Part shown: positions 14,047 to 23,300 of the stretch, in pieces | How positions within the stretch are numbered: position 1 is the stretch's first letter | How the letters are laid out: each line of letters starts with the position of its first letter | From: Magnetococcales bacterium | Lineage (GTDB): Bacteria; Pseudomonadota; Magnetococcia; Magnetococcales; Magnetaquicoccaceae | Direction of reading: 5' to 3' | DNA length: 64,000 nucleotides | Assembly (NCBI GenBank): GCA_002753095.1 | Contig: PDZU01000003.1 | Coordinates: 40,946-104,945 of the forward strand | Notes under the pieces: generated by a model | What the model was told of the DNA's origin: nothing | Databases searched by the model: none | The model's input: the letters and a program-made list of their open reading frames with translations, nothing else | Made by a program: the position numbers and the translations under genes

Positions 14047-15867
14047 ATGTGCGGAATTATTGGCGTTATTGGTGAACGAAATGCAACCCCCATTTTGGTG
14101 GAAGGACTGAAACGTCTGGAGTACCGGGGGTATGATTCTGCGGGCATTGCCGTTATTGACGGTACGCACCTGCAGTTGGCACGGGTCAAGGGCAAGTTGC
14201 TCCGTTTGGAGGAGCATCTGGCCAGTGCGCCGTGTACGGGTTTCATTGGTATTGGTCATACCCGTTGGGCCACGCATGGCCCGCCAACCGAAGAGAATGC
14301 CCACCCTCATACCTCTGACCGCGTTGCCGTTGTTCACAATGGGATCATTGAAAATTATCAGCACCTGCGTCAGCGCTTGCAGGATAGTGGGGTGGTATTT
14401 CGATCGGCCACCGATTCTGAGGTTGTGCCGCATCTGATTGAGCAGGCTCTACAGGCGGGTTTAGGCGCAGCAGATGCGGTACGTCGCGCTGTTTCTCAGT
14501 TGGAGGGTGCCTTTGCCCTTGGCATTGTCATACGCGGAGAAAACAGCCTTTTTGCTGTGCGACGGGGTTCACCTCTTTTGGTTGGGGTAGGTGATGGTGA
14601 AAAGTTCATCGCCTCCGACGCTTCACCGTTGGTGCCTTATACGCGACGCATGATTTTCCTGCAGGATAATGATGTGGTGATACTGCAGCGGGATTCGGTT
14701 ACTGTCACTGACCTGCATGGTCAACTGCAACAGCGGGCCATCAAATATTCCCAGGTCAGTGCGGCGTTGACTGACAAGTGGCCCTATCGTCACTATATGC
14801 AAAAGGAGATTTTTGAGCAGCCAACCGTTCTAGGTGAAACCTTGAAAGGGCTCATTGATACGGTACAGCGCACGGTGCAGTTGCAGCACCATCTGGGTCA
14901 GATTGATTTGGGTGCGGTGCAGGCCATCAATATCGTTGCCTGTGGCACCTCCTGGCATGCGGGACTGGTGGCGCGTTACTGGATAGAGCAACTGGCACAC
15001 TTACCGGTCAACGTAGATATTGCCTCGGAGTACCGCTACAGGGAGCCCCCATCCTTGCCCGGCACGCTGGTGGTGGTTATTTCACAAAGCGGCGAGACGG
15101 CAGACACTTTGGCGGCGCTGCGTTTTGCCCGACAGATGGGCCATCCTGTATTGGCAGTGGTCAATGTACCTGAATCGACCATTGCCCGTGAAGCGGATGG
15201 AGTACTCTATACGCAGGCGGGACCAGAGATTGGTGTGGCCTCTACCAAAGCCTTCACCACGCAACTGATCGCGCTGGCCACTTTGGCCCTGGCTCTGGCC
15301 AAGGGGAGGGGCAGGCTCGGTACGAGGCAAGAGGCAGAACTGGTGGATGAACTGTTGCATATTCCCACCCTGATCGAACAGGTTTTGCAACAGGATGATG
15401 CCATACTGGGCATTGCACGGCGTTGGATGCACGCACCGGGTTTTCTATTTTTGGGACGTGGTACGACTTTTCCGGTGGCTCTGGAGGGTGCATTGAAACT
15501 CAAGGAGATCACCTATATTCATGCCGAGGGCTATGCGGCTGGGGAGATGAAACATGGCCCAATCGCCTTGATTGACGAGCATTTACCGGTGGTGGTGTTG
15601 GCGCCACGCGGAACACTCTTCGAAAAGGTCATCAGCAACCTGGAAGAGGCCAGAGCCCGTGGTGGGCGTTTGTTGCTGATCACCACAGCTAGCGATGGTG
15701 AGGTACCTGTGGCTGAATCGGTTTTAACCATGCCGTCTAGTGGACTATTTGCGACACCCATATTGTATGTCGCCCCCTTGCAACTGCTGGCTTATCATAT
15801 TGCTGTACTGAAGGGTACGGATGTGGACCAACCCAGAAATTTGGCGAAAAGCGTCACGGTGGAGTAG
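14047..15867 (+). CDS. glmS: Glutamine--fructose-6-phosphate aminotransferase
   Basis: The N-terminus MCGIIG supplies the catalytic Cys. Two SIS domains are present, and the protein ends in the typical ...SVTVE. Confidence 0.97.
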   Translation: MCGIIGVIGERNATPILVEGLKRLEYRGYDSAGIAVIDGTHLQLARVKGKLLRLEEHLASAPCTGFIGIGHTRWATHGPPTEENAHPHTSDRVAVVHNGIIENYQHLRQRLQDSGVVFRSATDSEVVPHLIEQALQAGLGAADAVRRAVSQLEGAFALGIVIRGENSLFAVRRGSPLLVGVGDGEKFIASDASPLVPYTRRMIFLQDNDVVILQRDSVTVTDLHGQLQQRAIKYSQVSAALTDKWPYRHYMQKEIFEQPTVLGETLKGLIDTVQRTVQLQHHLGQIDLGAVQAINIVACGTSWHAGLVARYWIEQLAHLPVNVDIASEYRYREPPSLPGTLVVVISQSGETADTLAALRFARQMGHPVLAVVNVPESTIAREADGVLYTQAGPEIGVASTKAFTTQLIALATLALALAKGRGRLGTRQEAELVDELLHIPTLIEQVLQQDDAILGIARRWMHAPGFLFLGRGTTFPVALEGALKLKEITYIHAEGYAAGEMKHGPIALIDEHLPVVVLAPRGTLFEKVISNLEEARARGGRLLLITTASDGEVPVAESVLTMPSSGLFATPILYVAPLQLLAYHIAVLKGTDVDQPRNLAKSVTVE

Positions 15868-15913
15868 GGGGCTCACGCACCCTTTGTCTACCATATCCAT
15901 TGATCCAGGAATA

Positions 15914-16813
15914 ATGACAATGCAAAAGAGATGTTTGTTGAATGTTGCCGTGGCACTGTGTTTGTTGGGACAGGGTTACCTTGCCATTTCGGCACACGCT
16001 GCTGACGAAGATAAAACGGTCGTGGCAGAAATGGGTGAGGCCCGTTTAAGCAGGGGGCAATTGCAGAATATGCTCTCTGCCATGCCTGTGGAAAAGCGGC
16101 AGGCATTGCTGGGCAATCCCACTGTGTTGGCCCGCTTGGTACAGGAGGAGGTCGTGCGTCTTTATCTCCTGCAGGAGGCGCGCAAGGGGGGAATGGATAA
16201 AAAGCCGGAGGTGGTCATGGCCATGCGGCAGGCCAGCGAGCAAGTTCTGTTGAATCAATACATGGCTGAGTTGGTTAAACCGGGGGCTGATTTTCCCTCT
16301 GAGGCTTTGCTGCAAGAGGCATATGACAAAAACAAAGCCAAGTGGCGTTCTTTGAAGCGTGTGCATGTGGCGCAGATTTTTCTGCCGGTTAGTCCTGATG
16401 AACAAAAAAATCGCGCCGTGCAACAGGAGATCGTTCGTGTTTACGGTGAGGTATTGCAAAAGAAGGTGAAATTTGGCGATCTGGCCAAGAAATATTCGCA
16501 ACACCGTGAAAGTGCCGAGAAGGGTGGTGATATGGGCTGGGTGACTGGCGATAAGTTATTGCCGGAGTTGGCCCCCCTCTTTATGAGTATGGCTGCCAAC
16601 GAGGTGTATCCACCCGTGCGCACCACCATGGGTTGGCACATTTTTAAATTGCTGGAGAAGGAGTTGGCCCCCATTCCTACTTTGGCTGAGGTCAAGGATG
16701 GATTGGTTAAAGCGATTCGCCGGGAGGCCATGCTGGCTAAAGAGCAAGAGGTGATGGAAAGTGTGTTGAAGGAGCATCCGGCCAAGGTCCACAAGGATCT
16801 GTTGCCCAAGTAA
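15914..16813 (+). CDS. Secreted PpiC/parvulin-type peptidyl-prolyl isomerase (SurA/PrsA-like)
   Basis: A signal peptide MTMQKRCLLNVAVALCLLGQGYLAISAHA is present, together with the parvulin core GGDMGW...MGWHIFKL. The start is moved to the ATG at 15914; the track start would overlap glmS. Confidence 0.75.
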   Translation: MTMQKRCLLNVAVALCLLGQGYLAISAHAADEDKTVVAEMGEARLSRGQLQNMLSAMPVEKRQALLGNPTVLARLVQEEVVRLYLLQEARKGGMDKKPEVVMAMRQASEQVLLNQYMAELVKPGADFPSEALLQEAYDKNKAKWRSLKRVHVAQIFLPVSPDEQKNRAVQQEIVRVYGEVLQKKVKFGDLAKKYSQHRESAEKGGDMGWVTGDKLLPELAPLFMSMAANEVYPPVRTTMGWHIFKLLEKELAPIPTLAEVKDGLVKAIRREAMLAKEQEVMESVLKEHPAKVHKDLLPK

Positions 16814-16842
16814 GTCATTTTGAAATCTTGATAAATTTCTGC

Positions 16843-17308
16843 GGGGTCCAGGGGCGATCATCGCCCCTGGCGGGTGCAGGGCGGAGCCATGCTTGTAATG
16901 TGCGGCGTTTTCAAGAAGCAAATGCGCAGCATTTGCGCACGCCGCACAAATCTGTGCCCCGCAGGGGCACTCTCTGGGAGGGCGGACGCCCGACTTTTAA
17001 CCGCGCAAACTGTAACGAATCCTTTTGTGTTCGATGGGCGAAGGCCATGGATCTGGAGCTTGCGGATTCACCTGCGGGAAAAACCCATTGGGAGGATGTG
17101 CGGATTGGCGCATAAAAGCGCGCCAATCCGCACATCTTGCTTCAATAAGGCGCGCTGCGCCGATGCAAAAGGCGCATCGGCTTATCGTGAAAAGCGCGCC
17201 AAAAGGCAACAGATAAAAGCAACAGATAAAAAAACAACAGCTAAATTCAACAGATAAGTTCCCAGGGCTCCGCCCTGGACCCGCCAGGGGGGTGACCCCC
17301 CTGGACCC
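16843..17308. mobile_element. Copy A of a non-coding repeat family: ~465 bp element with ~44 bp terminal inverted repeats (MITE-like) and multiple internal hairpins
   Basis: The left end, gggtccaggggcgatcatcgcccctggcgggtgcagggcggagcc, matches the reverse complement of the right end, gggtccaggggggtcaccccctggcgggtccagggcggagcc. The left ~150 bp is homologous to copies at 29834 and 31622. The element fills the ppiC/yidC convergent gap. Confidence 0.6.
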
Positions 17309-17325
17309 ACAATTGTTTATCTATC

Positions 17326-19023
17326 CTATCCAGCCTTCTTCATGATGTAACCCTGCTGAATGATCGACAACACATTGTTAACCAACCAATAAAGCACCAA
17401 ACCCGCCGGAAAACTCAAGAACATGAAGGTGAAAATTACCGGCAAAAATAACATCACCTTGGCTTGAATGGGATCAGCAGGCGCAGGGTTCATCTTGGTC
17501 TGAATGAACATCGTTGCCCCCATCAACAACGGCAACACATAATAAGGATCCTGAATCGACAAATCCTTGATCCACCAAATCCACGGCGAATGCCGCATCT
17601 CCACCGATAAATAAAGTACCTGATACAACGCAAAAAAGACCGGTATCTGCACCAAAATCGGCAAACATCCCCCCAGCGGATTGATCTTATTGGTTTGATA
17701 AAGTTGCATCATCTCCTGGTTCAGCCGCGTCTTGTCACTACCATACAGCTTGCGCAACTCCTCCATCTTGGGCTGCAGCTTTTTCATCTCGTTCATCGAA
17801 CGATAGCTCTTGTCCGCCAAGGGGAAAAACAGCAACTTCACCAAAATGGTCAAACAAATGATGGCCACGCCATAATTGTGGAACAGGTCATTGAAAAATA
17901 ACAACACATCCACCAACGGTACGGCCAGAAAATGCAACCAGCCATAGTCGATGGCCCGCTCCAACGCCATCCCCTGCTTCTCCAAACTGCGAATCTCTTT
18001 GGGCCCGATATACAGCCAAGTCTCCGTATCCACCGTTTGACCCGGCTCAACCGTATGCGGCTTGCTGACCGAACCCACACGATAAACCGGTGCATCATGG
18101 TCAAAATAAAATTTCTTCTGCGCATCCGCCGGACCCGGAATGAGCGCCGCCAGGAAGTATTTGTCAGAAAAACCAATCCAACCAGTGGCCGCACTCTTGT
18201 GCTGATCCTGCTTGCGCAAACTCTCGTAAGTATGCTGTACCCGCTCCTTATCCAGATAACCCATGGGGCCCTGAAAATCCGACGGTGCCGTCGCAAGGCC
18301 AGGATCCGCAACCGGCTCCGTCCGAATATACTGCGCAAAACCATGCACCACGACCGGCTTCTGCCCCTGATTGATCACCCGATCCTTGACCACCACCATG
18401 TAGGAGTCCTGGGTAACCATGAAACTCTTTTCAAAGACCAAACCACTGCCATTGTCCCAATACAGGTCCAACGCTCCAGCTCCCTGCAGCGCATCACGGC
18501 TCTTGACCTTCCAAACCGTCTTGCGACCCGGCGTGGACACATCCGCACCAGCTAAAAAGCCCGACTCACCAAAAAAAAGATCCGCTCCCTTACTGCCACC
18601 CGCCCGATGCATGAACGCGATGGGCTTGCCCTCCGGCGGCAGATGATCCAAATGTTTCAAAAATTGCACATCCACCAACTGCGCCCCAGTCATGGATAAC
18701 TGCCCCCGAAAAACAGTGTTCTCGAAGGGCAACAGCTTCTCCTCCTTCACCTCTCCCATCGCATCCCGCTGTACCGGCGGAACACCAGGCTCAATCGTCG
18801 CCAACTGGGGCTCGCTTCCCTTGCCTACCTGAACATTTGCCACCATGGGGCCCTTGCCATCCGCTGCTTTGCCATCGGTCGCCGCCGTGTTGGCCGCCGC
18901 AGGTGGCTTGCCAGCCTGCTCAGTCTCGGCAAGCGGCTCCGGAAAACGGATCGACATGTAGGTCTGGTAAACCATCAACAACAGTAAAGCAAGCGTAAGG
19001 GCCAAGGTGGTGCGCCGGTCCAT
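17326..19023 (-). CDS. yidC: Membrane protein insertase YidC
   Basis: It has a large periplasmic domain followed by the conserved C-terminal 60 kDa-IMP core (LQPKMEELRKLYG, CLPILVQIPVFFALY). Confidence 0.95.
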   Translation of the reverse strand: MDRRTTLALTLALLLLMVYQTYMSIRFPEPLAETEQAGKPPAAANTAATDGKAADGKGPMVANVQVGKGSEPQLATIEPGVPPVQRDAMGEVKEEKLLPFENTVFRGQLSMTGAQLVDVQFLKHLDHLPPEGKPIAFMHRAGGSKGADLFFGESGFLAGADVSTPGRKTVWKVKSRDALQGAGALDLYWDNGSGLVFEKSFMVTQDSYMVVVKDRVINQGQKPVVVHGFAQYIRTEPVADPGLATAPSDFQGPMGYLDKERVQHTYESLRKQDQHKSAATGWIGFSDKYFLAALIPGPADAQKKFYFDHDAPVYRVGSVSKPHTVEPGQTVDTETWLYIGPKEIRSLEKQGMALERAIDYGWLHFLAVPLVDVLLFFNDLFHNYGVAIICLTILVKLLFFPLADKSYRSMNEMKKLQPKMEELRKLYGSDKTRLNQEMMQLYQTNKINPLGGCLPILVQIPVFFALYQVLYLSVEMRHSPWIWWIKDLSIQDPYYVLPLLMGATMFIQTKMNPAPADPIQAKVMLFLPVIFTFMFLSFPAGLVLYWLVNNVLSIIQQGYIMKKAG

Positions 19024-19065
19024 AAATGTGTCCTCGTCAATGAAAAGAATCAGGTATTCTATGCC

Positions 19066-19278
19066 TCATGGAACCGGATCAATACCTCCAGGATGGAACG
19101 GATGACAACGCAGCAGTCGCTTGATCGCTAACCAACTACCACGCCATGCACCATGACGCTGAACCGCCTCCAGGGCATATTCGGAACAACTGGGAAAAAA
19201 TCGACAGCTTCTTGGCAAAATCGGCGAAAGCACATATTGATAAATGCGTATCAATCCCATCAATGGATGCTTGAGCAC
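19066..19278 (-). CDS. yidD: Membrane protein insertion efficiency factor YidD
   Basis: The 70 aa product carries [27 protein letters not shown]...[13 protein letters not shown]. Confidence 0.85.
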   Translation of the reverse strand: MLKHPLMGLIRIYQYVLSPILPRSCRFFPSCSEYALEAVQRHGAWRGSWLAIKRLLRCHPFHPGGIDPVP

Positions 19279-19346
19279 GTGTCTGCCTGTTACCCCTCAC
19301 GCTCTATACACACAACCACCGCCATGCAACGCCCTTGGCGCTTCAC

Positions 19347-19760
19347 CTAATCGCGATGGACAAAACCAGCAAAGAGCTTGACCAAATCCTGCTGCAACCC
19401 TGCAGCTACCGCCCCCCCAGCCTGTGGCCGGGCAATCACCACCCAATCATAGCCACGCTGCAACAATGGCCTCTGGCGACGGAAAAATTCCCGCAAATGC
19501 CGCTTGATACGATTGCGCACCACCGCATTGCCAACCTTGCGGCTGACCGTAATGCCCAATCGGGATCGCTCCAACGGCACCTGCCGGGCAAACAACAAAA
19601 AAAAACGCCCCCCAAGCTTACGCCCGGAGGAGGTTACCAACTTGAACTCCGCCCCGTCCAAAATCCTAGACGACCTTGGAAAAGACGCATCCCGCTGCAA
19701 GAGGTCACCGCTCTCCAAACCAGTCTGTTCGGAGAACGGTGGCTGCGCCGCGCTACTCAA
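19347..19760 (-). CDS. rnpA: RNase P protein component
   Basis: It lies between rpmH and yidD and encodes a basic protein containing the RNR motif region ITVSRKVGNAVVRNRIKRHLRE. The track start is a TTG, so the exact start is uncertain. Confidence 0.8.
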   Translation of the reverse strand: MSSAAQPPFSEQTGLESGDLLQRDASFPRSSRILDGAEFKLVTSSGRKLGGRFFLLFARQVPLERSRLGITVSRKVGNAVVRNRIKRHLREFFRRQRPLLQRGYDWVVIARPQAGGAVAAGLQQDLVKLFAGFVHRD

Positions 19761-19772
19761 GGCAATTGTCTA

Positions 19773-19910
19773 TCAGACAACAATCAGCCGCTTGCGTCCT
19801 TTGGCCCGACGGCGGGACAATATCTGCCGACCATTGGCCGTTGCCATCCGCGCCCGAAAACCATGATTCCGACTGCGGCGAATTCTGCTGGGTTGAAATG
19901 TTCTTTGCAC
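19773..19910 (-). CDS. rpmH: 50S ribosomal protein L34
   Basis: My own translation from a GTG start with AGGAG 8 nt upstream gives [45 protein letters not shown]. At 45 aa it is too short for the ORF track. Confidence 0.88.
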   Translation of the reverse strand: MQRTFQPSRIRRSRNHGFRARMATANGRQILSRRRAKGRKRLIVV

Positions 19911-20375
19911 CGTTGTGCTCCTTCTAAAGTTGCTCCGGCCCAACGTGTTACATGGACCTTTTCCTCTACCCGATCGGTCAATCCTGCCATGAACCGACCC
20001 ACCTATTTAGCCTACTTCCACATACTTTTCCAGGATCGTTATCACATTCCAGAATATTTCCCCCGGAAACAGGGCGTACACGCCAACACCACCACAAGCA
20101 CCCTGGCCAATCAGCGCGTGACCCGCATGCGTGCTGGCCCTGCCACGGCAAGCTGATGTATCATGCACACACCACTCACCTCCAACCAGGGAAAATCAAC
20201 CATGCCATCATCGCCGCCGTCTACCCCTGGCAAGTCACCGCAACCAATACCTCCTGCCGAAAAACCATTGGTCCCTCGCCTGCAACGCCTGCTCGCCGGC
20301 CAACCTCAAGAGGAGGTGATCCTCGACCCGGATAATCCAAACCTGATCATGGAACGCCAAGAAAAACAGTGAACC

Positions 20376-23300
20376 TCAACCAGCCAACTGCTTTTGCCGT
20401 TTGTCGAAAACCTCCAACAATTTCCAGTAGACGATGGGCACCTCCAGCAGGTGCTCCCACTGCACGCAGTGCAATACCACCTCCTTTTCATGGCGAAAAC
20501 GCCAATGATTGTACTGCGGATCCAGATAACTCTGCTCGCCAAAGAATCCCCCATTGCGAACCACCTCCAAGGTACGTCCGCCCCGGTCCTGACAGTGAAT
20601 TTCGCCCTGCTCGATCAACCAAAGATGGTGCCCACTCCTGCCAGGAATCAGACCACTTCCTGACAACGTGATGCGCTCCATGGAACCGGCAATCCGCCCC
20701 AAGGTCAAGGGGGTGGTATGCTCGCCAAACAGCCAAGTTTTTCGCAAGAAACTTACCTTGACCATGCGGGCCATCATCTGCTCCATCAGACCGTTGCGGA
20801 CCAAAAAGGTACGCATCTCTTCAATGGAAAATTGAATCACGCTACAATGGGAAACCGTGCGATAGGTCCATTGACGCCGACACATGGCCCGTTCCGAAGC
20901 CTGCTGCGCCCCCTCCTGCTGTTCACCCTCTTCTTCACATGGCTGTTCCCAATCGCGCTCCGGTTGATTGCCAAACAGCGACTCACCACCAATCAAAGAA
21001 CCAAAGGAGAGCAGATTCATCACATTGGCCGAAGCATTCAAATAGGCCACCGTGCCGGAAAGAATCATGTCCAAACATTCATGCTCATCATTATCCCGTC
21101 GGCCACGGCGAATAATGGTCCCCGCGTTATGATCAATCACCGGACTGGTCAACAACGCACGAATCTCGGCCAGGGGGGCCGTGGGAAAAATCTCCTGCAA
21201 ATACTGTTCGGCACGGTCCAGGCGATAATCCCGATCTCCAGCAATCAGGACATCTTCTGCCCCGAAAGAGGCCTCTGAACCAATCTCCATCTCCTGCGTG
21301 GTCAGACTGCGGGCAATATGGGCCAAAATCAAACGTTTGGACGTGTCATGGCGAAAATCTTCCGCCAGACCATGAATCATTCCGCCACCAATATCCAACT
21401 TCTTCAGGGTGGCCGGTCGCAAATAGTCCGCCTTGACTTTGTCCATGAAGGCGGCGGAAATCTGTCCTGGTCCATCGCCCACCATGCCATCCAACACCTT
21501 GAATGCCGACAGGTCAGCCCAATGCGCATAGGTCAGTGCGTTCTTCTCTTCATCCCAGGCCCGGAACAAAAAGAGACTGGTCTCCAGAGGGTGGGGAGAG
21601 TAGATGGGCATGACTTCCAAACCGTCACAATCGTTCCACTGATCAAAAACCAGATCGCGAATCTGAAACAGTTGGGAAAATTTATCTTCACTCAACGACA
21701 TCAAAGCAGCAAATTTTTTGCTCACCGAGGCGCGAACCAACGGCGGGGCAAAATACTTCAACCGCTGATCGGTCTGAATCAGGGCCGGCAACCCGGCAAA
21801 ATGGTCATCATGGGCATGGGTATGGAAAATGCCCTCCACATCATTGATATCCAGGCCCAAGGCTGTCAGCGACTGCATGATGCAAGGGTTGGCATCGATC
21901 AGGTAGATCCGACCACGAAACATGATCATGCTGCCCATGCTGGGTCGGTTAATATCCCATCCATCCCCTTCGCCGGTGTGAATGACGGCAAAAGAGTGTT
22001 GCTTGAGCTGATGGCGTCCCAACGGATAGGGCGACTCATAGCTGACCCCTGGCGGCAGGTTGAGATCAACCTCGGTGCTTTCACCCCGGAAACTGAATTT
22101 ATACCGGTTGAATCCGCAACGCTCCACTGTCACACCGTTGCGAACCGCCAAAGGTTTGTCCTCCACCTCCAACGTATCCAAAAAATCAGCCGGTGAACGG
22201 ATATTGCCAAAGGCAAATTTTAATTTGATACGCATCATGGTATCTGCCAGCGCCTCATCCACGCCACTGGCCAGAATTTCTTCTTTGGAGATCAAGCCAT
22301 AGTTGCCACGATAGATGTAGGCCATCTGCGCCCGCACCTGGTCCGCCGAACCGATCAACAAGGGTTTGATGCCGGTATTGTTGGGGTGCTTCGGAATGAT
22401 GATACCCTGGCGATACAACATCTGCAGCACTGGAAATTCCGCCAAATTGGCAAAACCACCATTCTGCACCAATACGTCCGACAATAAAATGACGTTGGGC
22501 CCGGTTTCAAAGGAGACACCATCCTTGCTGGTGCTGCTGATATACCCCCGCCGCATCAAATGTTTGACCACTTCGCTGGGACAACCGCACAGAATGTAGA
22601 GTCCCGCCTCTGGGATCTGTAGCCAATAGACCCCTGGAGCCACCTGCAACGTCAACAGGTTGCGCATGGCCACCCGCATGGCCACTTCCGCCTGCTTGCG
22701 GATGACAATCTCCTTTTCCAACTCCATGGTGCGCGCCTGCACCTGACGTCGCAACAGCAGATTGCCGACAAACAGCAAAACCAACATGCCGGCAGCCCCG
22801 GCAGCAACCGGCAAAACCCATTTGGGAAACGCCTTCTTGGATCCCCCCTCATACCACTGGTTGAATGAGGTGTAATACAATGATTCGCTGTCCGCTTTCA
22901 TCTCGTGCAGATCCCGATCCAGGGCACGCAACAAGTCACTACCACGATCCTTGGGCGCAGCAAAGCGAATTTCCATCGGGCAACATACGATGGGACTTTT
23001 ATGGGCTGCATAGCCTTTGTCCAACATCATGCCCGCCGAACGAGAGATGATACCCGCATCTGCATCGTTGTCGGCCACCGCCTGCAAGACCGCCTCATAA
23101 TCCACCTGATCCAGCGGATAGATCTTGATGCCCAACTGGGCCACTAACGCCTTGAAACGGGTATAGTACACATCATCCCGCATGCCAGCGACAATCCGAT
23201 CCTTCAACTTGGGCAGGGCATCCAGATCCGGGTTCCAGACGTAGATCTGTCCCCAGTTGGAAAAAGCGGTCTCGTCAGAAAAGTCAACCTGAGACTCCCG

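Noticed and set aside
16828-17257. ORFs inside the repeat elements (16828-17115, 16874-17257, 16911-17135, 29769-30500, 29827-30144, 31391-31624, 31401-31607). They give similar peptides, for example ...MCGVFKKQMRSICARRTNLCPAG...
   Set aside because: The peptide similarity between loci only reflects the repeated DNA. The frames are open on both strands, run across hairpin palindromes, and differ in length and frame between copies. They have no RBS or start-codon context.
20163-20372. A 69 aa plus-strand ORF (MHTPLTSNQGKSTMPSSPPSTPGK...) lies in the 465 bp region between rpmH and the end of the large receptor gene.
   Set aside because: It is Pro/Ser-rich and low-complexity, with no convincing RBS and no family resemblance. 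It may be real, but the sequence alone cannot support it. I also looked for DnaA boxes here because rpmH often neighbours dnaA/oriC, and found none.
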